Shown here: piece by piece, positions 45,040-54,229 of the stretch | Layout: each line of letters opens with the position of its first letter | How positions within the stretch are numbered: position 1 is the first letter of the stretch | DNA from: Acidobacteriota bacterium | GTDB taxonomy: Bacteria > Acidobacteriota > UBA4820 > DSQY01 | Direction of reading: 5' to 3' | DNA: 64,000 bases | Assembly (NCBI GenBank): GCA_049967655.1 | Contig: JBMFSH010000011.1 | Coordinates: forward strand, 13,781 to 77,780 | The notes under the pieces: generated by a model | Seen by the model: only the letters and a program-made list of their open reading frames with translations | Database searches by the model: none | What the model was told of the DNA's origin: nothing | Position numbers and translations under genes: made by a program

Positions 45040-45975
45040 ATGAGCGTGGTCCTCTCGGTCCGGGACATCCGCGTCAGCTACGGCCCCACCCAGGCCCTGA
45101 GGGGCGTCACCTTCGAAGTCCCCGGAGGCGCCGTGGGGCTTCTGGGCCCCAACGGCGCGGGCAAGTCCACCCTCATCAAGGCCATCCTCAACCTCGTCCC
45201 CCTCTCGGGGGGGCGCATCACGCTCATGGGCCAGGACAGCGGCGCCCTGGGGCCCGCTCTCCGCGACCGCGTGGGCTACGTGCCGGAGCGCGAGGGCCTG
45301 CGGCCGGGCATGAGCGGGGTGGGCTGGGTGGCCCTCCTGGGCGAGCTCTCGGGGCTGCCGCGCCGCTCCGCCGTGGAGCGCGCCCACGAGGTGCTCCAGT
45401 ACGTGGGCCTCGAGGAGAGCCGCTACCGCAACGTGGAGACCTTCTCCACGGGCATGCGCCAGCGCCTTAAGCTCGCGGCATCCCTGGTGCACGATCCGGC
45501 GCTGGTGCTCCTGGACGAGCCCACCTCGGGCATGGATCCCGTGGGCCGGGAGGAGATGCTGGAGCTCTGCCGGGACCTCGTGAAGCAGGGCAAGACGCTC
45601 CTTCTCTCCACGCACATCCTGAAGGACGTGGAGGCCCTCTGCAGTCAGGTGGTGATCCTGCACGAGGGGCAGGTGCTCGCCGGCGTGACGGTGGAGGACT
45701 GGACCCGGAGCGAGGCGCAGCACTTCCTGGTGCAGTGGGAGGGTCAGGGCCGGGCCTTCGAGAAGGCTTGTAGGGGCAGGGGCTGGACGGTGGAACCGAG
45801 GCGGGACGGCCTCATCAAGCTGGTCCTGCCCGTCGGCGAAGGCCCCCGCTCGGTCTTCCAGGCGGCCCGCGAGGCGGGCGGCGGGCTCAACCGGTTCGTG
45901 CGGGAGGAGACCTCCCTGGAGGAGCTCTTCCTCTCGGCGCTCAATCGCAACGGAGCCGACCATGCCGGTCTATGA
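45040..45975 (+). CDS. ABC transporter ATP-binding protein
   Basis: GPNGAGKST, FSTGMRQR, LLDEPTSGMDP. Confidence 0.92.
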   Translation: MSVVLSVRDIRVSYGPTQALRGVTFEVPGGAVGLLGPNGAGKSTLIKAILNLVPLSGGRITLMGQDSGALGPALRDRVGYVPEREGLRPGMSGVGWVALLGELSGLPRRSAVERAHEVLQYVGLEESRYRNVETFSTGMRQRLKLAASLVHDPALVLLDEPTSGMDPVGREEMLELCRDLVKQGKTLLLSTHILKDVEALCSQVVILHEGQVLAGVTVEDWTRSEAQHFLVQWEGQGRAFEKACRGRGWTVEPRRDGLIKLVLPVGEGPRSVFQAAREAGGGLNRFVREETSLEELFLSALNRNGADHAGL

Positions 45976-46837
45976 ACAGGGCTACGAGGCCTACGCGGGG
46001 GCGAGAAGGCCCCTCGGGCGCCGCTGGCTTCCCCTCTTCCGGGATGAGCTGCTGCCCTACTTCAGGAAGCGCCGTTTCGTCTTCCTGCTCCTGCTGGCCA
46101 TGATTCCCTGGCTCTACGGCATCGCCCTCACCTTTCTGCACACCCAGCTCGGCGACGCGCAGTGGGCGAAGGAGCTGGTGGGCCAGCTGCCGAAGGTGGA
46201 CGAGGCCCTGGTGGCCAAGCTCATGGCCAACGGATTCGACCTCTTCCTCCTGCTCGTGGTCTGCATCTGGGTGGGCTCGGGGCTCGTGGCCAGGGACCGC
46301 AGGGACAGGACCCTCGAGGTCTTTCTGGGCCGCGGCCTCGGGGCGGGCCAGTACCTCTGGGCCAAGGGGGCGGCGCTGGGACTCTTCCTCCTGCTCTTCT
46401 CGCTGCTGCCCACCCTGGTGCTCGTGGTCTTCCAGGTGGGGCTGACGGGCGATGCGGGCTGGATCTTCGTCCATTCCCGGGTGCTGTGGGGCAGCCTGCT
46501 CTACACCGTCCTCGGGCTGGGCTCGCTGACCGCGTTCGTCCTCGCCCTCTCTTCGCTGGGGCGCTCGCCCAGGGTGGTGGGGCTCGTGCTCGTCGGGATC
46601 GTCTTTTTCGGCGACGTGGCCTGCGGCATCCTCTACGGGATCACCCGGAATCCGGCCATTTGGTTCTTCTCCGTGGCCAAGGAGCTGGAGGTCCTGGCCT
46701 GCCGCTGCCTCGGCGCCCCTCCCCCGCACTTCATCTCCCTTCCGCTCTGGCTGAGCGTGCTCTTCTTCGCCGGCCTGGCGGCCCTCAGCGCGGGAGTGCT
46801 CTTCCTGCGCTTCGCGCGCAGGGGGGTGCTGCAATGA
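45962..46837 (+). CDS. ABC-2 type permease
   Basis: About 6 TM segments; between two ATPase genes with overlapping starts and stops. Confidence 0.85.
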   Translation: MPVYEQGYEAYAGARRPLGRRWLPLFRDELLPYFRKRRFVFLLLLAMIPWLYGIALTFLHTQLGDAQWAKELVGQLPKVDEALVAKLMANGFDLFLLLVVCIWVGSGLVARDRRDRTLEVFLGRGLGAGQYLWAKGAALGLFLLLFSLLPTLVLVVFQVGLTGDAGWIFVHSRVLWGSLLYTVLGLGSLTAFVLALSSLGRSPRVVGLVLVGIVFFGDVACGILYGITRNPAIWFFSVAKELEVLACRCLGAPPPHFISLPLWLSVLFFAGLAALSAGVLFLRFARRGVLQ

Positions 46838-47748
46838 TCCGGGTCGAGAACGTCTCCAAGTGGTACGGCATGGTGGTGGGAGTGAACCGCATCTCCCTGG
46901 AGCTGGAGCCCGGCGTCACGGGCCTCCTGGGCGTGAACGGCGCGGGCAAGAGCACGCTCCTCAACCTCATGGCGGGCCTTCTGCGCCCCTCTTCGGGCAC
47001 GGTGGCCCTGGACGGCCAGCCCACCTTCGCCAACCCGGCCGCCCTACGGCACATCGGCACCTGTCCCAGCCCGGACCACCTCTACGAGGAGCTGACCGGA
47101 CTCCAGTTCGTGGAGCTCATGGGGCGGCTCTCGGGCCTCCCGGCGGCCGAGGCCAGGGCCCGCGCCCGGGCCTCCTGCGACGCCGTGGCCATGGGCGAGG
47201 AGGCGGGCAAGCGCATCCGCTCCATGAGCAAGGGGATGCGGCAGAAGGTGAAGATGGCCCAGGCCCTGGTCCACGAGCCCAAGGTCCTGCTGCTGGACGA
47301 GCCGCTCAACGGCATGGACCCGCCCAGCCGGGCCCAGACCATCGAGGCCATCCGCCGCTGGGGCGAGGAGGGGCGCTACGTCCTGGTCTCCTCCCACATG
47401 CTGCACGAGGTGGAGGCCATGACCTCGCGCATCCTGCTCCTGCACCACGGCAAGCTCCTGGCCTCCGGGGAGGTGCCCCAGGTGCGCCAGGCCATCGCCT
47501 CGCGGCCCATGCGCGTCTTCGTGCGGTGCGCCCAGGCCCGCCTCCTCGCCTCCGAGATGATCGGGTGGGACTGCCTGGCCTCGCTCTCCTTCGGCTCCGA
47601 CGGCCGGTCGCTCACGGCCGAGGTGAGCGACACGGGGGCCTTCCGGACCCGCCTGTCGGAGCTGATGGCCGAGCGGGACCTGGGCCTCGAGATCCTGAAC
47701 CCCCTGGACGACAATCTGGCGGCTGTCTTCTCCTACCTGGTGGCCTGA
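46834..47748 (+). CDS. ABC transporter ATP-binding protein
   Basis: GVNGAGKST, MSKGMRQK, LLDEPLNGMDP, SSH. Confidence 0.92.
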   Translation: MIRVENVSKWYGMVVGVNRISLELEPGVTGLLGVNGAGKSTLLNLMAGLLRPSSGTVALDGQPTFANPAALRHIGTCPSPDHLYEELTGLQFVELMGRLSGLPAAEARARARASCDAVAMGEEAGKRIRSMSKGMRQKVKMAQALVHEPKVLLLDEPLNGMDPPSRAQTIEAIRRWGEEGRYVLVSSHMLHEVEAMTSRILLLHHGKLLASGEVPQVRQAIASRPMRVFVRCAQARLLASEMIGWDCLASLSFGSDGRSLTAEVSDTGAFRTRLSELMAERDLGLEILNPLDDNLAAVFSYLVA

Positions 47749-47749
47749 G

Positions 47750-48538
47750 ATGGATTCGGCGACGCTCACCCTCTTCTCCTTCACGGCCCGGCAGATGACG
47801 CGCTCGGTCAAGGCCTGGCTCTTCGGCCTCATGGTGGCCGTGCCCTGGGGCGTGGTCCTGCTACTGAGGCTTCTCATCGCCCAGGGGGTGCCCGTGCCGA
47901 TGGGTGGAGTCACGCTCTACGGCATGCTCGTGCTCGGGTACGTGCTCGGCTTTTTCGTGCCGCTCTCGACGCTCTTTTTCGGGACGGCCCTCATCGCCGA
48001 CGAGGTGGAGGGCGGAACCCTGCCCTACCTCTTCGGCCGGCCCATCCGGCGCGAGAAGCTTTTCCTCGTCCGGTACGCGGCCATGACGGCCATCCTGCTG
48101 GCGGGAACGTGGGCCAGCGTCCTGGGCACCTACGTCCTGGCCATGACGAGCGGATCGCCCGCGGGAGAGCTGGGGACCTTGGGCGGCGACCTCTTCACCG
48201 TAGGCCTCGCCGTGGCGGTCTACGGGGCCCTCTTCTCCTTCCTCGGCATGGCCCTAAAGAAGCCCCTCTTCTGGGGGCTCCTCATCGGCTTCGGCTGGGA
48301 GAACCTGGTGGCGTGGCTGCCGGGCTTCCTCAAGCGCCTCACCCTGCTCTTCCACCTCCACACCCTGCTCCCCCACGCCTCGGGGCCCCAGGGCCTCCTC
48401 CAGCAGCTCCTGGCCTCCAGCGAGAGCCGCCTGGCGGCCCTGCTCTTCCTGCTCGTCTACGAGGCCCTCTTCCTGGCCCTAGGCTGCCTCCTCATCCGCC
48501 GCATGGAGGCCTCCGTTGGCGAGAGGGAAGAAGGGTAG
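47750..48538 (+). CDS. ABC-2 type permease
   Basis: About 6 TM segments, DEVEGGTLPYLFGRPI.R. Confidence 0.88.
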   Translation: MDSATLTLFSFTARQMTRSVKAWLFGLMVAVPWGVVLLLRLLIAQGVPVPMGGVTLYGMLVLGYVLGFFVPLSTLFFGTALIADEVEGGTLPYLFGRPIRREKLFLVRYAAMTAILLAGTWASVLGTYVLAMTSGSPAGELGTLGGDLFTVGLAVAVYGALFSFLGMALKKPLFWGLLIGFGWENLVAWLPGFLKRLTLLFHLHTLLPHASGPQGLLQQLLASSESRLAALLFLLVYEALFLALGCLLIRRMEASVGEREEG

Positions 48539-48539
48539 G
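48405..48539 (+). repeat. 135-bp direct repeat, left copy (attL-like; 3' end of permease)
   Basis: Matches 53265-53399 (offset 4860); 85-bp identical core 48431-48515. Confidence 0.95.
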
Positions 48540-48689
48540 GCCGGAGGAGGAAAAGAGCCGTCCGGCCCCGGGGCCCCGTCCGCCAGCTGGCTTCGGAAGA
48601 TACAATAGACATGGCTGGACATGCCTTTTCGGGAAAAGCCAAGAAAGACGGCCTCCCTTCCTTGCGGTTGTGGGTTTGCGGGCTGCCCC

Positions 48690-48720
48690 TTGAAAAAAAA
48701 AGGGGGGGGGGGCATATATT
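48690..48720 (+). promoter_or_regulatory. Sigma70-type promoter with homopolymer (A9-G11) spacer
   Basis: TTGAAA 48690-48695, 19-nt spacer containing G11 (48702-48712), TATATT 48715-48720. Confidence 0.65.
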
Positions 48721-48766
48721 TGCGCTAACCCCAGCGGGAAGGGCAGGAAAGAAAGGAGGGTGCTTC

Positions 48767-48973
48767 ATGAAAAAGCTGTTCACGGTTAGTGCTATTTTGG
48801 GAGCGTTGCTGTTGGTGACAGTTTTGGTCTTCGGTAGCCAGGCTCCCCCGCCCCCTATTATCTTGCCCCCGGGAGGCAATTGCGGGCCGGTTTATGGCTG
48901 CACTTTCAGTCGTGTGACCGGCTACTGCGAGGGTACCTCGGGGGCCTGCCAATGCATGGACTGTTACCCTTGA
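48767..48973 (+). CDS. Secreted 68-aa peptide with a 6-Cys C-terminal domain
   Basis: AAAGGAGG RBS; MKK-hydrophobic signal, Pro-rich linker, NCGPVYGCTFSRVTGYCEGTSGACQCMDCYP. Confidence 0.8.
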   Translation: MKKLFTVSAILGALLLVTVLVFGSQAPPPPIILPPGGNCGPVYGCTFSRVTGYCEGTSGACQCMDCYP

Positions 48974-49026
48974 TGTGAAGGATACCCCTGTCCCGCCGGC
49001 GGTTGATATGCGTGAGGAGGTGAGCG

Positions 49027-50100
49027 ATGAGAGGAAGGGGGCGGCACGGCGGTTTGGTGCTGCTTCGCTCGGTGACAATTCTCTGTTTAGGGCTCTTTGG
49101 TGGATCGCTGCCCATCGCGTCTGCTGCACCAAGGCTCCTTTCGGTTGAACCCCTTGTCCTACCCGGCCTGCCGAAGGCCGTGGAGGGGCTCTGCGCGGGC
49201 CCTCAAGGGCGCCTCTTCGTGCTGGACAGGGTGAACGGAGAGGTGCTCGTTTTCGATAAAGAGGGCCGAAAGATAGGCTCCTTCGGCAAGGGAAGGATAG
49301 TAGGCCCACGCTCCATCACGGCTGCCGGCTCAGAAGTCGCGGTTGTGGAGGGGAGAGGGTCCCTCCTTTTTTTCAATGGGCGAACCCTCTCTTACGAGAA
49401 GACGACAACCGGCCTCACCCGTTACTGCCCTGGCTTGGGGGCCGCGCTCACACCCAAAAGGATCGTCTATGGCGGCATGGGCTACGAAGGGGAGCGGCCC
49501 GAACGGGGGGAGACCTTCGACGCCCTGGTGCTCTTTTCGACCGACTGGGAGGGCCGGGATCTTCGCGTGTGCGCGCGCAGGAAGGTTTTGTGGGAGGAGG
49601 AGAAGGGCTTTCAAATCCTTGCAGGAAGTCATTTCTTTCCTTTACAGGGAGGGGGGATTGCGGTGGCTCGGGTCTTTCCACCCAAGATCTGGTTGCTCGA
49701 TTCGGAGGGCCGGGTGGTGAGGCAATCGCAGGGGGGAAACGAACCTCTGCCACGCGCTCCCTCGGAAGGGCGCCTTCCTCCCGATCAGGAGTGGGATGCC
49801 ATCTATTTCGGAACACCGCACGTGGAGGGTCTTTTCGCCGCCGGAGACCGCTTCGCTCTCATCGTCCGGGAACACACCCAAATGGGGCACGTGCTCTACC
49901 TTTCTTGGTATGACAAGGATCTTCGGCCTTACCAAAGAGAACCCCTCCGGCTCCCGGTCGTCCTGGGGAGTGACGATTTTGTACGCGGGACGGTTTCCTG
50001 GGGGAGCAACGAGATTCTTCTTCTCCTCGTTCGCCGGCAAGAAAGGCCCTGGGGCATCGGGATCTCACGGGTGTTTCGGCTCAAGTTCTCGCACGGATAG
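49027..50100 (+). CDS. Exported beta-propeller (NHL/6-bladed-like) protein
   Basis: GAGGAGGT RBS; signal peptide; GRLFVLDRVNGEVLVFDKEGRKIGSFG NHL-like blade, later IWLLDSEGRVV and WYDKDL. Confidence 0.7.
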   Translation: MRGRGRHGGLVLLRSVTILCLGLFGGSLPIASAAPRLLSVEPLVLPGLPKAVEGLCAGPQGRLFVLDRVNGEVLVFDKEGRKIGSFGKGRIVGPRSITAAGSEVAVVEGRGSLLFFNGRTLSYEKTTTGLTRYCPGLGAALTPKRIVYGGMGYEGERPERGETFDALVLFSTDWEGRDLRVCARRKVLWEEEKGFQILAGSHFFPLQGGGIAVARVFPPKIWLLDSEGRVVRQSQGGNEPLPRAPSEGRLPPDQEWDAIYFGTPHVEGLFAAGDRFALIVREHTQMGHVLYLSWYDKDLRPYQREPLRLPVVLGSDDFVRGTVSWGSNEILLLLVRRQERPWGIGISRVFRLKFSHG

Positions 50101-50114
50101 GGCTCGCAAAGACG

Positions 50115-50615
50115 ATGCGCCGAAACGGTCAATCGTTTTTCCTCGCCTTAGCGCTGGTCGTTTTTTGGGCTGGCTGCCGGGCGCCCTCCCCGGAGAACGC
50201 CTGGACGCGGTTGCAAAAGACGACACGCGACTCCAACTACCGCTACCTCGCGCTTCTGTTTGTCCCTGAAAAGGGGTGTACCTGCACCTACCTGGAAGCC
50301 TTCGCCGCCGCCCAAAAGGCCATCACGCAAAAGGGGATCTCATGCCGGTTAGTGCTGGTCATCCCGCCGGGTGGGCCGGCCGAAGCCCTGGCGGGGGAGG
50401 GCGTGCCAAGGGAAGCTCTCTATGAAGACCAGGGGCGAGCCGTGGCCGACGCCATCGGCGTGGATTCCGGCGATCTTCCCTACTTCGTCGTTCTGCCGGT
50501 TTCCAGCCCGGCTCGGCGGGTGATTGCCTACCGGCTCGCCGGGCCGGCTGGCGTCCAAAGCCAAACAGAGAACCTTCTAGACGTTCTCTTGTTCTTACCG
50601 GGAGGTCGAGTATGA
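50115..50615 (+). CDS. Lipoprotein, thioredoxin-fold-like
   Basis: Lipobox WAGC; LLFVPEKGCTC; YEDQGRAVADAIGV...LPYFVVL. Confidence 0.6.
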   Translation: MRRNGQSFFLALALVVFWAGCRAPSPENAWTRLQKTTRDSNYRYLALLFVPEKGCTCTYLEAFAAAQKAITQKGISCRLVLVIPPGGPAEALAGEGVPREALYEDQGRAVADAIGVDSGDLPYFVVLPVSSPARRVIAYRLAGPAGVQSQTENLLDVLLFLPGGRV

Positions 50616-53266
50616 GGCGGGCTTCGATGGTGCTGCTCGTGGCCGGATGGATAGGGTGGAGTTTGGTCTGGGCCCAGGAGGGGCGCACTTGGCGGCTCGG
50701 GTTCGAACCGGCCGCCGAACCGGTGGCTGTGCAATTGAAGGATCTCGCGGGCAAGATCAGCGATGCGCCGTGCCTTCTGTGGCAGGAGGGAGGCGCACCC
50801 GTGAAGGTCGAAAAAGGGACGCCGTATCCTGCCCGGCTTCCGGAGGGGCGGCCTCTTCGGGTTGAGGCCTTGACCCCCGAGGGCAAGCGTGTGCCCGGGA
50901 TCCACCTCAGCTGGCGCGTCGAGGGTTGGCCCCTCTTGCCAGCCCCTGCTGGGGAGCAAGCCACGGACGCCAAGGGCCGCCTCACCTTCTCTTTGCCGGC
51001 AGGCCTTCCCGTCACGCTGTGGGCCAACGAGGAGCCGTGGGCCGCGAGCCCCGTGGCCGTCGCCGGCGACACTCCGGAGGCTTCCGTAATAGTGGTTCCG
51101 GCGCCGCCCGGGGAGATCCGCATTCTCGATTCCTCGGGCCGCTGCGTTGCTGGTGCGAGGCTGGTGACGGCGCAGCAGGCATTGTTGCGCGATCCAATCG
51201 CCACGACCCGCCTTCCTTCCTTCGGTCTGAAGGAGGAGATTTCGAACCCATTCGGCCGGGTGGTCTTCGCTTCGCCCCCAGGGGCCCTGTCGGGATGGGT
51301 TCTGGCCGAGGGATACCGCCTGCACGAATGGGCTGGAGCCGCGGAACGAACCGTGCGCCTGGAGCCGGCCGGCCCCGTGCGCCTCGCGATTCATTTGGAG
51401 AAGGGAGCGCCTTCTCCGGACCACGTCACCATTCGCCTGACGGCCAACCTCCCCCCTATACCCTGGGTGCCGCTCGTTCTCGAAAAGGAGACCTCGTCCC
51501 TGGATCTGCCGGTATTTCCCTTCACCGATTCATGCGCGCTGGAGGTGGTAGCGGAGGGCTTCGAAGCGGCATGGATCTCCCCCGCCGAACTCTCCGGAAA
51601 GGCAAAGGTGGAGGTCATGCTGAAACGGGGGCTTCGCCTTGGGGGGGTGGTCCTTTCTCCAAGCGGGGCACCCGTGGAGAGGGCTATCGTGCTCGTGGAT
51701 GGGCTTGCCAGGCCGGCCCCTGGTCGAGCCAGAACCGACAAAAGGGGGCGTTTTCTGTTGGCGTCCCTGCCCCGTGGCCGTTGGAGCCTCCACGTTCAGG
51801 CCGCGAACTATAAGGAGGCGAACTTCGGCCCCTTTTCATCCATGGACCGGAACGACTTGAAGTTGGTGCTCAAGAGGGGCGCCCTTATCCGGGGGTTCAT
51901 CTCCGGCTACGGACCACAGCCGGGCGGCGAGGACTGCCGCGTTCTCCTGAAAAAGGCCTCATCAAGCACACCGGGGCCCACCCAGCAGGAGGTTCCCCTC
52001 TCCGAAGACGGCTCCTTCGAAATAGGAGGCTTGGAACCAGGGGCCTACCACCTGCTGGCCTGGAGTCCTGGGAGAGGGCGCGCTTCGGAGGAGTTCACCC
52101 TCCAGGAGAACGAGGAGCGCGATCTTGGTGTAATCCGCTTCGACACCTCGCCTCATGTGAGCGGCCGTCTGGAGAGGGCCAGCGGTGAGACATGGGAAGG
52201 GGGCGGGGAGGTTGTTCTTGAACGAATGCTCCATGCCGCGGATGCCACCACCTCCTATCCGCCGAGGAACCTAGTCGCCTCCGCTGACGATGACGGCACC
52301 TTCGCCTTCACCGGTGTTCCGGAGGGAAGCTACGTTCTGAAGGCACGATGCGGCGGCCTTTCCAGTAGACCCAAGAGGGTCCAGGTAGAGGATCGGGACG
52401 CAGACGCCGGCGTCCTCATTCTGGAGCGCAGCGGTAACGTCTCCGGGCGCCTCCTTTCGAGGAGGGGCACTCATTTCGCTGGGTGGAGGCTTTTTCTGAA
52501 GATCCAGAGCTATGAACCCACGGCTCCTCTGGCGGTCGCGGATGCCGATGGCACCTTCGCCTTTGGAGCGGTGGCGCCGGGGCCGTACCGGCTGGAGGCC
52601 TATGGACCTACCGATCTCTCACCCCGCTGTAGCCGCTCCCTGGATGTGGAGGAGGGCCAGCAGGTAGATCTCCAATGGCCTATCGAAGGGGTTTCGGTGC
52701 GGGTTTTTCTCCAGGTTGGTGGACGACCGGCGGCGAGAGCGGTGGTAGTGCTCGATCCCGCCTCTTCAGGTTTTGAGGAAGGAGGATTGCTTCAGATCTC
52801 TGGCGGAGGGGGGTCGCAGCTTTTTGGTCTGCCCGCACAGCCCAGTCGCGGCCAAGCCGACGACGCCGGATTTGCAGCCATTGAAAATGCGGTGCCAGGG
52901 CTGGCTCAAGCCAGCCTCTATTGGGAGGGAGGCGAATACCACGCCTCCGTTGCGGTTCCTGACGACGAAGGGGTCGTACCCACGTGGAATTTTATGGGTG
53001 TCCCTGTCCAAGGCTGGGTTCTTGATCACACAAGCGCTCCTGTGCCCGGGGCCCTTGTCACCTATGGGTACGCCGAGCTCGGAACGAACCCCGCCAACAG
53101 TGTGGTGGCTGATTCCACGGGGGCCTTTCTTCTGCCGAGAATGGGCGCTGGCTCCCTCGTCCTCGTCGCACGCGACGCGGCGGGACATCAAGGCAAAACG
53201 GCGCTGCAGGTCGCGGATCAACCGCTCAGCGGGGTGAAAATCGTCCTCGCTGCCGGCACACCCTAG
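50612..53266 (+). CDS. Large exported protein with carboxypeptidase-regulatory-like beta-sandwich repeats
   Basis: Signal peptide; repeated G.V....G.PV..A.V...TD..G.F....L.PG.Y.L; GGAGGT RBS. Confidence 0.8.
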   Translation: MRRASMVLLVAGWIGWSLVWAQEGRTWRLGFEPAAEPVAVQLKDLAGKISDAPCLLWQEGGAPVKVEKGTPYPARLPEGRPLRVEALTPEGKRVPGIHLSWRVEGWPLLPAPAGEQATDAKGRLTFSLPAGLPVTLWANEEPWAASPVAVAGDTPEASVIVVPAPPGEIRILDSSGRCVAGARLVTAQQALLRDPIATTRLPSFGLKEEISNPFGRVVFASPPGALSGWVLAEGYRLHEWAGAAERTVRLEPAGPVRLAIHLEKGAPSPDHVTIRLTANLPPIPWVPLVLEKETSSLDLPVFPFTDSCALEVVAEGFEAAWISPAELSGKAKVEVMLKRGLRLGGVVLSPSGAPVERAIVLVDGLARPAPGRARTDKRGRFLLASLPRGRWSLHVQAANYKEANFGPFSSMDRNDLKLVLKRGALIRGFISGYGPQPGGEDCRVLLKKASSSTPGPTQQEVPLSEDGSFEIGGLEPGAYHLLAWSPGRGRASEEFTLQENEERDLGVIRFDTSPHVSGRLERASGETWEGGGEVVLERMLHAADATTSYPPRNLVASADDDGTFAFTGVPEGSYVLKARCGGLSSRPKRVQVEDRDADAGVLILERSGNVSGRLLSRRGTHFAGWRLFLKIQSYEPTAPLAVADADGTFAFGAVAPGPYRLEAYGPTDLSPRCSRSLDVEEGQQVDLQWPIEGVSVRVFLQVGGRPAARAVVVLDPASSGFEEGGLLQISGGGGSQLFGLPAQPSRGQADDAGFAAIENAVPGLAQASLYWEGGEYHASVAVPDDEGVVPTWNFMGVPVQGWVLDHTSAPVPGALVTYGYAELGTNPANSVVADSTGAFLLPRMGAGSLVLVARDAAGHQGKTALQVADQPLSGVKIVLAAGTP

Positions 53267-53399
53267 CTCCTGGCCTCCAGCGAAAGTCGGCTGGCGGCCC
53301 TGCTCTTCCTGCTCGTCTACGAGGCCCTCTTCCTGGCCCTAGGCTGCCTCCTCATCCGCCGCATGGAGGCCTCCGCCGCCGAGCGCGAGGAGGGGTAGG
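53265..53399 (+). repeat. 135-bp direct repeat, right copy (attR-like; orphan permease tail)
   Basis: Encodes LLASSESRLAALLFLLVYEALFLALGCLLIRRMEASAAEREEG* with no upstream gene body. Confidence 0.95.
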
Positions 53400-53421
53400 C
53401 CCGCCTGCTCTCCCCCATAGC

Positions 53422-53449
53422 GAGGGGGCGGGCTGAAGCCCGCCCCCTC
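53422..53449. terminator. Hairpin terminator
   Basis: GAGGGGGCGGGCT-ga-AGCCCGCCCCCTC between convergent units. Confidence 0.7.
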
Positions 53450-53535
53450 CTGCCGCCGGCTGTGCCGGTCCGCGGCAGTCCCCTCCGGGACCCGCGTCCG
53501 TCATCGCGAAATCGCTCGCCGTCTCTCCGAGCCCG

Positions 53536-54153
53536 TCAGAACCGCGCCGCCATTTTGCGGGCCTTGCCCTCCTCGTAGCGGGCGGCCAGCGCCGGCCAGT
53601 TCACGTTCTCGAAGAAGGCCTTGATGTAGTCGGGCCGTCCGCCGGCGCCCCAGTCCACCATGTAGGCGTGCTCGAAGACGTCCATGATGAAAACGGGGAT
53701 GAAGCCTGCGATGTTGCCGTCCTCGTGGAGCTGGATGAAGTGGTTGGTGAGCCCGCCGGTGGCGGGGTCCAGGTAGCAGATGGCCCAGCCCACGGAGCGG
53801 CTGGCGCCGCACTTGACGAAGTCCTCCTTCCAGGCCTCGAAGGAGCCGTACTGCTCGGCCAGGGCCTTGCGCAGGGGCGAATCGGCGGGGAGCTCGGGGG
53901 CGCCCGCCTTCAGGTTGCCGAAGTAGTACTCGTGCAGGACCATGCCGTTGACCTCAAAGCCAAAGCGGCGGCGGCGGTCGGCGTAGAGGGCGGTGCCCCC
54001 CTTGCCCTCCTTCCGCATCGCCTCCAGCTCGGAGAGCAGGGCGTTGGTGTTGGCCACGTAGCCCTCGTAGAGCTTCCAGTGCTGGGCGATCTGGTTCTCC
54101 GAGATCCCCTTGAGGTTGGCCGGTTTTAGGTGGACTTTCACGTCGTATGTCAT
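53536..54153 (-). CDS. Fe/Mn superoxide dismutase family protein
   Basis: H..LY.GYV, LHEYYF, YGSFEAWK, GWA, MDVFEHAYMVD, NVNW. Confidence 0.9.
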   Translation of the reverse strand: MTYDVKVHLKPANLKGISENQIAQHWKLYEGYVANTNALLSELEAMRKEGKGGTALYADRRRRFGFEVNGMVLHEYYFGNLKAGAPELPADSPLRKALAEQYGSFEAWKEDFVKCGASRSVGWAICYLDPATGGLTNHFIQLHEDGNIAGFIPVFIMDVFEHAYMVDWGAGGRPDYIKAFFENVNWPALAARYEEGKARKMAARF

Positions 54154-54229
54154 GGTACCCCCTTTCGGCGAAGAGTGGATCGATTGGTGTCGATTTCTCT
54201 TTCCAGTATAAGGGCTGCCGACCCCTTCA

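Larger units (their letters stand above)
48540..53264 (+). mobile_element. Integrase-less genomic islet (four-gene cassette)
   Basis: Bounded by 135-bp direct repeats; codon third positions visibly richer in A/T than the flanks. Confidence 0.8.

Noticed and set aside
48540..53264. Islet as a prophage remnant or classical RiPP cluster
   Set aside because: No phage, integrase or known peptide-modifying enzyme genes are recognisable.
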